Shown here: positions 18,504 through 30,867 of the stretch, piece after piece
How the letters are laid out: every line of letters begins with the position of its first letter
Numbering within the stretch: position 1 is the stretch's first letter
Assembly: GCA_963737655.1 (NCBI GenBank)
Contig: CAVTTN010000002.1
Span: 1,888,001 to 1,952,000 of the forward strand
Source of the DNA: an uncultured Planctomycetota bacterium
GTDB taxonomy: Bacteria; Planctomycetota; Planctomycetia; Isosphaerales; Isosphaeraceae
DNA length: 64,000 nucleotides
Reading direction: 5' to 3'
The notes under the pieces: generated by a model
The model's input: the letters and a program-made list of their open reading frames with translations, nothing else
What the model was told of the DNA's origin: nothing
Database searches by the model: none
Made by a program: the position numbers and the translations under genes

Positions 18504-19229
18504 TCACGGGAGCAGGTCCTTCACCGCGATCCGGCCGACCTCGACGCCGTCGAGGACCACCGGGACCTCCCGATCGGCCCCGAAATCGGCCCTCTGACGA
18601 TAGCCCGGCGCGTCCGAGGGGCCGGACGGCTCGGTGTAGACCTCGACCTGCCGGGCGACGAGGTTCACGATCCAGTAGATCGGGACGCCTTCGTGGGCGT
18701 AGAGGCGTTTCTTGAAGTTACGATCGAAGCTCACGGTCGAATCCGAGACCTCCACCAGCAGGGCGATGTCTTCGGGGCCCGGGTGGCGAGCGGCGAACAT
18801 CCGGGACGTCCCCCGGATCACCTGGACGTCGGGGAGGGGTTCGGTGTCGGTCCTCGGGAGGGAGGAGGGCATCTCCTGATCGACGTAATAACCGGCGGGG
18901 ACGATCCGCGCCAACTCCTCGCGGGTCTGGTACGTGGTGAACCGATGCGGCGGTTTGATGGGTGCCCTGGCGACGAGCCAGCCTCCCAGGAGTTCGACGT
19001 GTTCGAGGTCGGAGGCGTGGTCCGCGAGGTGGAACTGGTCCAAGGTCAGCCGGTGGAGCGGCCCGGACGGCCCCCCTCGGCGGAGGAGGCCGTCGATGAG
19101 GTCCACGTCGCCCGGCAGCGCCCCCGCCTCCCTCGCCCGATCGAATTGCTCGGGCGAGAGGCGGAAGAGGCGATCGACGGGCACGCCGTCGGCCTCGGGG
19201 GTCGGCGTTCGGGTCGCGAGGGTCGTCAT
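18504..19229 (-). CDS. Uma2/DUF820 family endonuclease
   Basis: EPLPDVQV, LLVEVSDST, KKRLYAHEGVPIYWIVNL. Confidence 0.92.
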   Translation of the reverse strand: MTTLATRTPTPEADGVPVDRLFRLSPEQFDRAREAGALPGDVDLIDGLLRRGGPSGPLHRLTLDQFHLADHASDLEHVELLGGWLVARAPIKPPHRFTTYQTREELARIVPAGYYVDQEMPSSLPRTDTEPLPDVQVIRGTSRMFAARHPGPEDIALLVEVSDSTVSFDRNFKKRLYAHEGVPIYWIVNLVARQVEVYTEPSGPSDAPGYRQRADFGADREVPVVLDGVEVGRIAVKDLLP

Positions 19230-19269
19230 CGGGCGGGCCTCCTCGGGAGGGGTCGGGGCTCCGGTCGGC

Positions 19270-21330
<2,061 letters not shown>

Positions 21331-21670
21331 GAGCGGTCTCCCTCCTGAGCGGTGGATCCGTCGAATGGGTGCGCGGGTCCGCGGGACGCGGAGTTGATCC
21401 GGGCTTGCCTCGATGGACGTCGCGGGCCCGCGCCGGTCCCGTCGTCCTCGATGATTCGAGGCCCCGCCGAATTGTCAAGCTGTCGGGTGTGGGGAATTCG
21501 GGCTCGGAGACGCGCCGATCGGGCCGCGGATCGAGAGGCGAAGGCGGCCCGAAAGGGCGGGCGGAGAGGCCGTCGCGGGCGAGGTCGTCATCGACCGCGA
21601 GAGGCTCCAGGTCAGCACCTTCGATTACAACCCCGGGCCATCAACCTGTCAAGCGGATCGCCGGGGGCGT

Positions 21671-23020
21671 TCAGAGGCCCGGGGCCTTCTCGCCCGCCGC
21701 GACCAGGCCCTCGTCGACCCAGGGAGAGTCCCCGGCGTCTCCCCGGGCCGAGCCCAGTTCGACCAGGGCCGCCAGGGCGATCAGGCCGACCGGCAGGGTG
21801 GCGTAGTGGGCGTAGCCGTCGGCCGCCAGGAGGACCCACGGCTGGGCCGGCAGCGCCAGGACGGCGTAATAGGCCACGCCCGCCAGCCCTCCGGCCGCCA
21901 GGCCCGCCAGGGCGAGCGTCGCGGCGAGCCGACCCCCTTCGGCCCTGAGCATCCGCCCGTAGCCTCGCAAGGCGCTTCCCCAGGTGCCTCGCGACCAGGC
22001 CGCCGCCCCGGCCACGCCCACGACGGCCAGGGCCCCGGCCTGCAGGCCCACCAGGCCCCAGCCCTTCATGAACGTGGAGACCCAGGCCGAGCGGATCAGG
22101 TTCGCCGGCAGGTGATAGAAGACCGCCAGGCCCAGCCCCGAGGCCACGTACCTCGCCGGGAGGCCCACCAGGCACGCCAGCAAGGAGGCCGGGGCGATCG
22201 CCAGGGCACCCGCGACGTCGAACCCCTCGGGCTCTTCCCCGCCGGGCGACCCTCGGAGCTCGACGAGCACCCACGACAGGATCACCGCATCGGACAGGGC
22301 CATCAGCGCCGGCACCACCCCGGCCTCGACCAGCAGGCACCCGCCCAGGGGCTTGCCCGAGTCGCTGTCGTACACGAGGCTCCCGAGCCGGTAGAGCAGG
22401 TAGAGCCCGGAACCGCCCCAGCACGCGGTCGTCCAGCCGGTCAACGCCGCAGCCGAGCCGCTCATCGGCGCCTCGACCTGGCCCCAGCGGTCGGCCGAGA
22501 ACTTGAAGACCAGGGCCGTGGCCCCGAGGAGCAGGATCCAGGTGTCGCCCAGGCCCAGGACGTCTCGCAGGGGGGTGAGACCGGCGAGCTCGCCCTGCTC
22601 GATGGCCACCTCGGCCCGGGCCTTGCGATTCAGGAGGACGCCGAGCTCTTCCTTCTTCTCGGTCTTCGCGTGCAGGGGGGTCTGCCAGGCGGTCCAGGCG
22701 ATGACCGTCGCCCCCAGGAGGACGGCCACGAGCCGGCCGGTCCGTCGCAAGCGGCCCAGGGCCGCCGAGAAGAGCCGGGCGTGGCCCCGCAGGTCCAGGA
22801 ACTGGCCCAGGGCCCGGCGGGGGCCTTGCGCGAAGATCGCCAGGAGGAGCACCGCCGAGATCCCGGCCAGCCACGCCCACAGCCCGACCTTGCTCTCGCC
22901 CGCCGAGGGCGAGGAGAGCGTCAGGCTCCAGAGCCATCGCTTGTACGCCAGGAGGGCGGCCGCGTCCGGGTCGGTCCCCGGGGTCACCTGGGCCAGAAGC
23001 CCCGCGATCGTCGATGACAT
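21671..23020 (-). CDS. Multi-pass membrane hypothetical protein
   Basis: Roughly ten hydrophobic segments; co-directional with the upstream genes. Confidence 0.75.
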   Translation of the reverse strand: MSSTIAGLLAQVTPGTDPDAAALLAYKRWLWSLTLSSPSAGESKVGLWAWLAGISAVLLLAIFAQGPRRALGQFLDLRGHARLFSAALGRLRRTGRLVAVLLGATVIAWTAWQTPLHAKTEKKEELGVLLNRKARAEVAIEQGELAGLTPLRDVLGLGDTWILLLGATALVFKFSADRWGQVEAPMSGSAAALTGWTTACWGGSGLYLLYRLGSLVYDSDSGKPLGGCLLVEAGVVPALMALSDAVILSWVLVELRGSPGGEEPEGFDVAGALAIAPASLLACLVGLPARYVASGLGLAVFYHLPANLIRSAWVSTFMKGWGLVGLQAGALAVVGVAGAAAWSRGTWGSALRGYGRMLRAEGGRLAATLALAGLAAGGLAGVAYYAVLALPAQPWVLLAADGYAHYATLPVGLIALAALVELGSARGDAGDSPWVDEGLVAAGEKAPGL

Positions 23021-23135
23021 GTCCAAGGCGCAAGCCCCCCGATCGGCCGTCCCCGAGCGGCCCTGGGCGCGATCTTAATGCAACGGCCGGGTCGGACGCC
23101 AGGATCTACGAAAAAATTCGTGGAGCGAGCCCCCG

Positions 23136-25355
23136 TCACCGACGACCGGCCCGGCGGAGGACCGGATCGGGGGCCATCGCGTCGGCGGGTCGCCCGTAGC
23201 GATAGTAGACCTCCAGGGTCATCGCGGCGAGGGCCGTCGCGTAGATCCGGCCCCCTCGGTCGTCGTACACGCTCTTGCTGTCCCGGGCGTCCCAGCTCCC
23301 GGCCTGGTGACCGGAGGTCTTCTGGAGGGCGATCAATCCGTCGCGGACCCGGGCGTTCCAGCGGTCCCACGACTCCCCGCCGTTCTGGAACATGGCGAGG
23401 GAGCCATAATACCAGTAATAAAAATTGACCCGGCCGCGGTCCGGGGCATTGGCCAGGAGAAACCGGGCGGCCTCGTCGCTGGCCGGTCCGGGCCCGCCGA
23501 CCCCGAGGAACTGCCGGCAGGCCCAGGCCTCGGCCGTCATGGTCGGCGTGCGGTTCCGGCCCGGCTGGTAGTTGCTGGCGCCTCCATACGGCCCTTCGCC
23601 GGGCCGGTACACGGCCAGGCCCTTCTCCGGCCCTTCGGCCACGAGGTTCAGCCAGGTCCTTGCCCCGGCGCGGACGCCGTCCGGGACCGGGATGCCCACC
23701 TCTCGGGCCGATTTGATCACCAGGACGGCCCAGCCCAGGACGCTCGTATCCCCGGACGCCTCTCCCGGGCCGTATCGCCAGGAGAGGCCGTCGGCCGCCC
23801 TCGACCGAACCAGGAACGCCACGCCCTTCTCCGCCGGCCCTCGGAGCGACTGATCCGCGGTCAGGGCGTAGGCCTCGCAGAGGGCGAGCGTGGCCATCGC
23901 GTGGCAGTACATGCCCACGGTCCGGCTCGGCCCCCGGAGGTCGCCGTCCCCCTTCTGCGAGAGCTTCAGGAATTCCAGCCCTCGGGCCACCGTCGAGGCA
24001 TATTTGCCCCCCGGAGTCCGATGGGTCTGGCCGTTGCCGAGGTAGGCCAGGAGGGCCAGGCCGGTCAGGGCGGTGTCGGCCTCCCAGTAGTAGCATTCGC
24101 CCGAGCAGGCGTCGCCGGGAGGGCAGTGCTGGGTGAAGTTGGCCTCGCCCGGGACGACCGAGCCGTCGGAATATTTCTTCGTCCCGGCGTTCCACCGGCC
24201 GTCGGCGTCCTGATGGCGGGCCAGCCATTCCAGGGCCTTCTCCACGGCCTCCTCGCTCGCCGCCGAGGCGCCCGAGCGCTCGGCCTTGACGAACCGATCG
24301 GGCGCGACCCGGATGCCCAGCGACTCGGGGACCTCGACCGGGGGAAGCCCCGAGGACGGGGCCGGCAGCGAGGGCATCCGGCTCCCGCCCGAAGGCGTCG
24401 TCCGGGCGATCGCGATCGGGGCCAGCCCCGCCGTCGAGCGACGATCCGGAAGGCCGATCGCCGCGCCCCGGACGCCCCGGACCTGATCCCGGAGGTCCTC
24501 GCCGGGCGGAGGCACGTCGCCCGCGACCTCCGCCGGCCGGGACGGCTCGCGAGCGATCGGCGGCTCGGGGGCCGGGGGCACGGGCGGGCCGTCCGGCGAG
24601 CCCCGGTCCTCTCGGCCTCCGTTCATCGAGGGAAGGTCGGCCAGCTTCGGCTCGGCGGGTTCGGCCGGGGCCAATTCGGGCCGCGAGCGGCCCGCGGGCG
24701 TCTCCGAGGCGGACGCGGCCCGGGCCACGCGAATTCGACCATCCGGCGACGGCGACGGAACCCCCTCGGCCGGAGGGGGTGCGGCCTCGGGCGGGAGGTC
24801 TTCGGGACGGATCGGCGCGACGGCCACTTCGATCGGAGGCGCCGGCGAGGGGCCGGCGCCGTCCTCGGGACTCGCGATTTCCGGCGACGAGGGCTCCGGC
24901 GGCGAGACCGAGGGGGGCGCCACCGGCTCGGCCCGGTCCGGGGGGGCGGGCGGTTCGTCGGGTCTCGTGACGCGGCGGGCCTCGATCGGGTCGAGGTCGG
25001 ACGCGGGGAGCGTATCCCGGAGCCGGTCCCACTCCGCGACCCATCGGCCCGGATGGCCCGGGGTCGGCCGTTCGGGGCCGCCTCCGCGATCCACCGAGAC
25101 GACCCGAATGGATTGAATCCGGTCCGCGCCCGGCCCCTCGGCCGGCCCGGCCGCCCCGATCCCCCCGGAGTACACGACGAGGCCGAGGTGGGCGAGGATC
25201 GACAGGACGAGGCACTTCCTGAGGACCCGTCGCGATCCCCAGCTCGTCCAGGCCATCACGCCGAGGATCAGGGCGACGACGGCCAGGCTGATCCAGATGC
25301 CCAGGTCGGCGCGGATCAGCCGGAGGAACGGTTCGAGGTCCAGGCCGTCGCTCAT
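23136..25355 (-). CDS. Membrane-anchored protein with Pro-rich linker and prenyltransferase/squalene-cyclase-like repeat domain
   Basis: ALEWLARHQDADGRW, TGLALLAYLG, MYCHAMATLAL, YYWYYG, LEVYYRY; N-terminal TM helices with SxxxH. Confidence 0.85.
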   Translation of the reverse strand: MSDGLDLEPFLRLIRADLGIWISLAVVALILGVMAWTSWGSRRVLRKCLVLSILAHLGLVVYSGGIGAAGPAEGPGADRIQSIRVVSVDRGGGPERPTPGHPGRWVAEWDRLRDTLPASDLDPIEARRVTRPDEPPAPPDRAEPVAPPSVSPPEPSSPEIASPEDGAGPSPAPPIEVAVAPIRPEDLPPEAAPPPAEGVPSPSPDGRIRVARAASASETPAGRSRPELAPAEPAEPKLADLPSMNGGREDRGSPDGPPVPPAPEPPIAREPSRPAEVAGDVPPPGEDLRDQVRGVRGAAIGLPDRRSTAGLAPIAIARTTPSGGSRMPSLPAPSSGLPPVEVPESLGIRVAPDRFVKAERSGASAASEEAVEKALEWLARHQDADGRWNAGTKKYSDGSVVPGEANFTQHCPPGDACSGECYYWEADTALTGLALLAYLGNGQTHRTPGGKYASTVARGLEFLKLSQKGDGDLRGPSRTVGMYCHAMATLALCEAYALTADQSLRGPAEKGVAFLVRSRAADGLSWRYGPGEASGDTSVLGWAVLVIKSAREVGIPVPDGVRAGARTWLNLVAEGPEKGLAVYRPGEGPYGGASNYQPGRNRTPTMTAEAWACRQFLGVGGPGPASDEAARFLLANAPDRGRVNFYYWYYGSLAMFQNGGESWDRWNARVRDGLIALQKTSGHQAGSWDARDSKSVYDDRGGRIYATALAAMTLEVYYRYGRPADAMAPDPVLRRAGRR

Positions 25356-25407
25356 CGTTCCCCCTGATCCGTCCGGGGCCGGGCCGGGCCTTCCCTCTCG
25401 GATCGGA

Positions 25408-26250
25408 TCAGTCCGATTCGAGGGGGATCTCGGCGCGGGAAGTGTGAGGCGAGCCTCCGGTCGGCCCGGCCGGCTCCTTGCGAATCTTCCGCCTCGGGGC
25501 CTCGATCGGGGCGGCCAGGGCGATGGCGTCCACGGCCTCGGCCCCCAGGCGATCGAGCCGCCCGGCCAGCCCCTCGACGCGACCGACCAGGCCGTCGTAC
25601 AGCACCAAGCTGAGGATAGCCAGGGCGACACTGGCGGTCAACGGAGCCAGGGCCGAGGCCACGGTCGGGCCCCACGCCGGGCCGGCCGTCGCCAGGGCCC
25701 GCCCGATCAGCCGGAGCGACCCGAGCAGGCCGATCATCGGCGCCAGGGCGGCGATCCTCCGAAGCGTGCCGACATTCCTCCGCAGGCGATCGACCTCGAT
25801 CTGACGGGCCAGGGCCACGCCTCGCTCCATGTCGGCCGCCGGCCGGCCCCAGCGGCGGACGGCCGCCAGGACGATCCGGGCCGCCGGGCTCGGGTTCAGC
25901 TCGCAATAATCCAGCGACTTGCCCCGGTCCAGCTTCCCCTCGACCAGCCGGGTATGGAACCGGTCGAGGTACGCCTGAGGGATCAGCCGCGTCCGCCGCG
26001 ATCGGGCGAGCCTCTCCAGGGTCACGACCAGCCCGAAGGCGGCGCAGGCCGCCAGGCCGCCCCAGGTGGCCCGCTCGTCGGCCGGGGTCCGGCGATACCA
26101 GTCCAGGGCGGTGCGGGCGACCTTCTTCGCCTGGGCCTCGGCCCATTCGACGGCCGGAGGCCGCCCGTCCGCCCCTCCCGCGAAGAGCAATACCGTCAAG
26201 GCCAGGGCCGCGACGGTCCCCGCCCGACTCCTGGTCGAGATTCGTCTCAT
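25408..26250 (-). CDS. MotA/TolQ/ExbB proton channel family protein (divergent)
   Basis: VTLERL, SPAARIV, LRRIAALAPMIGLLGSL. Confidence 0.8.
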   Translation of the reverse strand: MRRISTRSRAGTVAALALTVLLFAGGADGRPPAVEWAEAQAKKVARTALDWYRRTPADERATWGGLAACAAFGLVVTLERLARSRRTRLIPQAYLDRFHTRLVEGKLDRGKSLDYCELNPSPAARIVLAAVRRWGRPAADMERGVALARQIEVDRLRRNVGTLRRIAALAPMIGLLGSLRLIGRALATAGPAWGPTVASALAPLTASVALAILSLVLYDGLVGRVEGLAGRLDRLGAEAVDAIALAAPIEAPRRKIRKEPAGPTGGSPHTSRAEIPLESD

Positions 26251-26526
26251 GGCGGTCGATCCCTCATCGCCTGATGCGGCCCCGGCCCGGGAACGCCGAG
26301 CGACCCCATCGGCCCTCGTCCAGAGATCGGCCGGAGACGGCCCCGAGAATGATCGAAAGCCGGGCGAGCCCGCCCCGGCCGGAGTCCGATTCCTGCGGGG
26401 CGCGTTTCTCGCTAGAATGCAGCCTCACCTCGTCGCCATTCTCCGTCCGCCGGGCCGTCCCGGCCCCGTTTTCGCCCGCTCGCCCGGCCGAGGGGCCCTC
26501 CGCTCCGCATCCGCAGGGGATCTCGC

Positions 26527-26985
26527 ATGGAACCGCAACCGTCCAAGGGCCTCCCGAGAATCCTGATCGCCGACGACAACCTCCAGAACGTCGAGCTCCT
26601 GGACGCCTACCTCGGCGAGGTCGAATGCGAGATCCGCACCGCCTCCGACGGCGAGGAGACGCTCCGGGCCGTCGAGGAGTTCCGCCCGGACCTCGTCCTG
26701 CTCGACGTGATGATGCCCCGGCTCTCGGGCTTCGAGGTCTGCCGGAAGCTCCGGGCCAACCCGGCCACCAAGGAAACCCTCGTCCTGATGGTCACCGCCC
26801 TGAACGAGGCCAGCGACTTCGAACGAGGCGTCCAGGCCGGCACCGACGACTTCCTGACCAAGCCGGTCAACAAAGTCGAACTGCTCTGCCGGATCAAGAG
26901 CCTGCTGAGGGTCCGGCACCTCAAGAACCAGCTCGACCGGACCCTCGCCTACCTCGCCGAGGTCGAGACCTCCAGTCGGATGTAG
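26527..26985 (+). CDS. Single-domain response regulator
   Basis: ILIADD, LLDVMMP, MVTA, FLTKP. Confidence 0.93.
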   Translation: MEPQPSKGLPRILIADDNLQNVELLDAYLGEVECEIRTASDGEETLRAVEEFRPDLVLLDVMMPRLSGFEVCRKLRANPATKETLVLMVTALNEASDFERGVQAGTDDFLTKPVNKVELLCRIKSLLRVRHLKNQLDRTLAYLAEVETSSRM

Positions 26986-27118
26986 GGTGCATGCAATGCA
27001 CCAACCCCGCGGCGGCCCATCGGCCGCCCACCGTTTCCTCTTCGAATTCAAGATTCGAAACGGGACATGCCAGGCGGCCGATGGCCTCGGCATGCTTGGT
27101 GCATTTCATGCACCCTAC
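26982..27118. repeat. GTAG-type REP doublet, copy 2
   Basis: GTAGGGTGCATGCAATGCACC at 26982-27002; GGTGCATTTCATGCACCCTAC at 27098-27118. Confidence 0.9.
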
Positions 27119-27967
27119 ATGACGGTATTGGTCAGCGTGCCGATGCCGTCGATGGCGATGCTCACGGTGTCGCCCGAGGCGAGGGTGAACTCGTCGGGCG
27201 GGACGACCCCGGTGCCCGTCAGGAGGAGGACGCCGTCGGGGAAGAGGTTGTCCCGGCCGAGCCAGTCGATCAGCTCGGCGAAGGAGCGGGCCATCCGGCC
27301 CACGGAGGTCGTCCCCTCGAAGGCCGGGGCGCCTCCGCGATCGATCGTCAGGCGGATGGAGACCTCGGCCGCCGGGGGCATGGCGCCGGCCAGGGTGATC
27401 CAGGGGCCGAGGGCGCAGGAGCCGTCATAGACCTTCGCCTGGGGCAGATACAGCGGGTTGCGGCCCTCGATGTCTCGGGCGCTCACGTCGTTGCCCACCG
27501 TGTAGCCCACGATGCGGAGATCCGGCGAGAGCACCAGCACGAGTTCCGGCTCGGGGACGCTCCATCGCGAGTCGGACCGGACGCGGATCGCCCCTCCGGG
27601 CCCCGACCACGCGCCGGGCCGTGGCCTTGAAGAACAGTTCGGGACGGTCGGCCGTGTACACGAGATCATAGAACGAGCCGCCGGTCTCCGATTCCTCTTC
27701 GCGGGCGACCTTGCTCCGTTCATAAGTCACCCCGGCGCCCCAGATTTCCTGGTCGTCGATCGGCGGGAGCAGGCGGACGCTGTCCAGGGCGAACGTGGGC
27801 CCGGACGGGCTGGCGGCCACGGCCGCCTCGGGCGATTCGGCGGCGAGCAACCGGGAGAGGAGGTTGGCGTCGGCCTCGCCCTCGGCCCCGATCGACCGGA
27901 CGACCCCGGGCCCGACGGTCCCCACGCGGACGGCCCCCTCGGGATCGACGAACTTGGCAAGCTGCAT
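27115..27967 (-). CDS. Fumarylacetoacetate hydrolase family protein (1-bp frameshift near 27600)
   Basis: WGAGVTYERS and RPELFFK in one frame; VPEPEL, GNDVSARDIEG, LLTGTG in the next. Confidence 0.85.
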
Positions 27968-28220
27968 GGCGAGATCGTCCGGTTCCTGATAAAAATGCCC
28001 GGCCGGCGGCCCGAGTCTCCTCCTCTCTGATACCCTGCGCCCGGTGGTCGGGTCAATCGGCGGGGTCGAGGAACGGGGTCGCCGCGACCCCGGCGAGAAC
28101 CGGCCGGATCGGAGAAATGGGTGGAGTCGGGTCCGGGGCCGGACCGATAGGCGAGTTAGGGAAGCCCTTCCGAAGGATGCGGAGGGCGAGCAAATCGGGC
28201 CCAGACGAGTCGAGGCAAGG

Positions 28221-29480
28221 ATGCCCGAACGGATCGTGATCGTGGGCCACTCGGCGGTGACCTGCCTGGGTCGCTCGATGGACGCGACCTGGGAGGCCCT
28301 GATCGCCGGCCGGTCGGGTCTCCGGCGGCACACCTCGCTCCGCCCCGACGCCTTCCTCCAGGACATCGCCGGGATGGTCGAGGGCGTCGGCCCCGGATCG
28401 CCGGGCGAAGACCCGGCCGTCTCCCGCCTGGGCGCCCGATGCATCCACCTGGGCCTCCTCGCGGCTCGCCAGGCCGTGGCCGACGCCGGGCTCGATCCGC
28501 CGACGGACCTGGACCCGGACCGCGTCGCCCTAATCGTCGGCACCGCCCTGGGCGGGATGGACCTCCTCGACGCCGAATCGGCCAAGGCGGCGACGAGGAA
28601 GAACCTCGCCACGAGCCCGTATCTGATCCCCGGGCTGATCGCCAACCAGACGGCCGGGCAGGTCGCCCAGCACCTGAAATTCTTCGGCCCGAGCCTGGCG
28701 CCGGCCAACGCCTGCGCCTCCGGCGGCCACGCGATCGCCCTGGGCGGGATGATGCTCCGATCGGGCGAGGCGGACCTGGCCCTCTGCGGGGCGTCCGAAA
28801 GCGCGTTCACGCCTCCGATCGTCAACGGGTTCGCCACGATGAAGGCCCTGCTCCCCCGGAGGCCCGAGGACCGCTCGGCCGAGGACCCGTCCCAGGCGAG
28901 CCGGCCGTTCAGCGTCGATCGCGCCGGGTTCGTCCTGGCCGAAGGGGCCGGGATGGTCGTCCTGGCGACCGAGTCGGCGGCGAGGCGGTTGAACCTCCGC
29001 CCCCAGGCCGAGCTCCTCGGCTGGGCGATGAATTCCGACGGATACCACATGGCCCTGCCCGAGCCGGGACGGGTCGCGAAGTGCCTCAAGCTCGCCCTGG
29101 ACCGCGCCGGGGTCCGGCCCGACCAGGTCGATTATTACAACGCCCACGGGACGAGCACCGTGGTCAACGACCGGATCGAGACCGGGGCGATCCGCGAGGT
29201 CTTCGGCCTCCACGCCGAGGCCCTCCCCGTCAGCTCGATCAAGGGGGCGCTGGGGCACAGCCTCGGCGCGGCCTCGGCGATCGAGGCGTCGGCCTGCGTC
29301 CGGGCGCTCCTCTCTCAGACGATCCCGCCGACGATCAACCACCGAGCCGACCCGGCCCTGGGCCTCGATTACGTCCCCGGCGAAGGCCGGGAGGCGCGGG
29401 TCGAGACGGTCCTGAGCGCCTCGTTCGGGTTCGGCGGCACCAATAACGCCCTGGTCCTGCGGAGGTGGTCCGATGCCTGA
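28221..29480 (+). CDS. fabF: Beta-ketoacyl-ACP synthase II-like
   Basis: Cys-His-His triad (ANACASG, NAHGTST, KGALGHSLGA); SFGFGGTN. Confidence 0.9.
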   Translation: MPERIVIVGHSAVTCLGRSMDATWEALIAGRSGLRRHTSLRPDAFLQDIAGMVEGVGPGSPGEDPAVSRLGARCIHLGLLAARQAVADAGLDPPTDLDPDRVALIVGTALGGMDLLDAESAKAATRKNLATSPYLIPGLIANQTAGQVAQHLKFFGPSLAPANACASGGHAIALGGMMLRSGEADLALCGASESAFTPPIVNGFATMKALLPRRPEDRSAEDPSQASRPFSVDRAGFVLAEGAGMVVLATESAARRLNLRPQAELLGWAMNSDGYHMALPEPGRVAKCLKLALDRAGVRPDQVDYYNAHGTSTVVNDRIETGAIREVFGLHAEALPVSSIKGALGHSLGAASAIEASACVRALLSQTIPPTINHRADPALGLDYVPGEGREARVETVLSASFGFGGTNNALVLRRWSDA

Positions 29481-29724
29481 TGCCTGTCTGCTCGGCGAAG
29501 TGATGGAGGTCGTCCGAATCGCCGGGAAGATCGCCCCGGGCGTCCCCCTCGACCCCGAGAAACGCCTGGTGGACGACCTGGGGATCGACTCGCTCGACCT
29601 CGTCGGCGTCTTCCTCGACATCCAGGACCGCTATGACGTGACCATCGACGACGAGGACCTCCCGAGCCTGCGCCGGGTCCTGGACCTGGCCGAATACGTC
29701 GAGAAGAGGCGGTCGGCGGCCTGA
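29473..29724 (+). CDS. Acyl carrier protein
   Basis: DLGIDSLD phosphopantetheine motif; overlaps the fabF 3' end. Confidence 0.92.
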   Translation: MPDACLLGEVMEVVRIAGKIAPGVPLDPEKRLVDDLGIDSLDLVGVFLDIQDRYDVTIDDEDLPSLRRVLDLAEYVEKRRSAA

Positions 29725-29878
29725 TCGAGTCGGCGGCGGTGAAGAACGAAGGACGAACGCGGAGTCCATGGCGGCGGCGATGGTCGGCGGACGGGCGGTG
29801 TCGGAGGGTCGTCCCCCTCCACCGCCCCCTGACGACTGCCCCACTGCCCACTCCCCAATTCCCCCCCGGGAGTCCGGC

Positions 29879-30853
29879 ATGCAGAGGCGATGGCTCAACA
29901 TCCGCAAGGGCCTGCTGAGGATCGTCCTCCCGGCGGTCCGCAAGCTGCCGCCGGCCACGGCCTCGGGCTTCGTCACCGGGATCGGCCGGACGGAGTACGC
30001 CCTGGGCCGAAACCTCCGGACGAGGTTCGACCAGGCGGTCGAGCGGGGGGCCGGGTATTTCGGGGTCCACTGGCAGGTCCCCGAGGTCGGCCGGGCCCTG
30101 GCCGGCAACCAGATCCGCTGGAGGACCCGCGATCAGTTGCTCGACGGCCTCTCGCCCGAGACGATCGCCTCGCTGTTCGAGGTCTCCGGCCGCGATCACC
30201 TGGACGCCGCCCGGTCCGAAGGGAAGGGCGTGATCCTCCTGGGCAACCACTTCGGGGCCCATCTGATGCCGGCCCACTGGCTGGTCCGCCAGGAGTACCC
30301 GCTCCGCCTGTTCATGGAGCGTCCGCATCACATCTCGCGGTTCTTGCGGGACCATTTCGAGACCGACGGCCCCCTCGGCCAGAAGAAGCTGTTCATCTCG
30401 AGGAAGGCCGACCCGTCGGAGGCCGCCGGGTCGATCCTCCGGGCCGGTCGGGTGTTGAAGGCCGGGATGCTCGTCCTGATCGCCGGGGACGTCCGCTGGT
30501 CGGGGCCTCACACGGCCGAGGCGCGGTTCCTGGGCAGCTCGTATCGCTTCTCCGCCACGTGGGTGGCCCTGGCGGCCTTGACCGGCGCGCCGGTCATCCC
30601 CGTGTTCTGCCGGATGGACCCCGAAGGCCGGCATCACCTGGAGTTCCTGCCCGGATTCCACGTCGCCTCGGCCGCCCCGGGACGCGATCCGGCGCCCGAG
30701 TGGGTCCAATCCTGCCTTGACGCCATCGAAGAACGAGTCAAACTCCACCCCGAGAACTCCAACGACTATTTCTTCTGGGACGACCCGGACGACAACGAGG
30801 CCGTCACCGACCGATTCCGCCGGGACCGCGGCGCGGCGGCCCGTCGGGAGTGA
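29879..30853 (+). CDS. Lipid A late acyltransferase (LpxL/HtrB)-like protein 1
   Basis: GKGVILLGNHFG, LIAGD, TGAPVIPVF, HPENSNDYFFW. Confidence 0.82.
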   Translation: MQRRWLNIRKGLLRIVLPAVRKLPPATASGFVTGIGRTEYALGRNLRTRFDQAVERGAGYFGVHWQVPEVGRALAGNQIRWRTRDQLLDGLSPETIASLFEVSGRDHLDAARSEGKGVILLGNHFGAHLMPAHWLVRQEYPLRLFMERPHHISRFLRDHFETDGPLGQKKLFISRKADPSEAAGSILRAGRVLKAGMLVLIAGDVRWSGPHTAEARFLGSSYRFSATWVALAALTGAPVIPVFCRMDPEGRHHLEFLPGFHVASAAPGRDPAPEWVQSCLDAIEERVKLHPENSNDYFFWDDPDDNEAVTDRFRRDRGAAARRE

Positions 30854-30867
30854 GCCGAGGAGTCGCG

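Noticed and set aside
23136..25355. Squalene-hopene cyclase / terpene biosynthesis gene
   Set aside because: No DXDD motif and only one barrel-like domain after a Pro-rich linker
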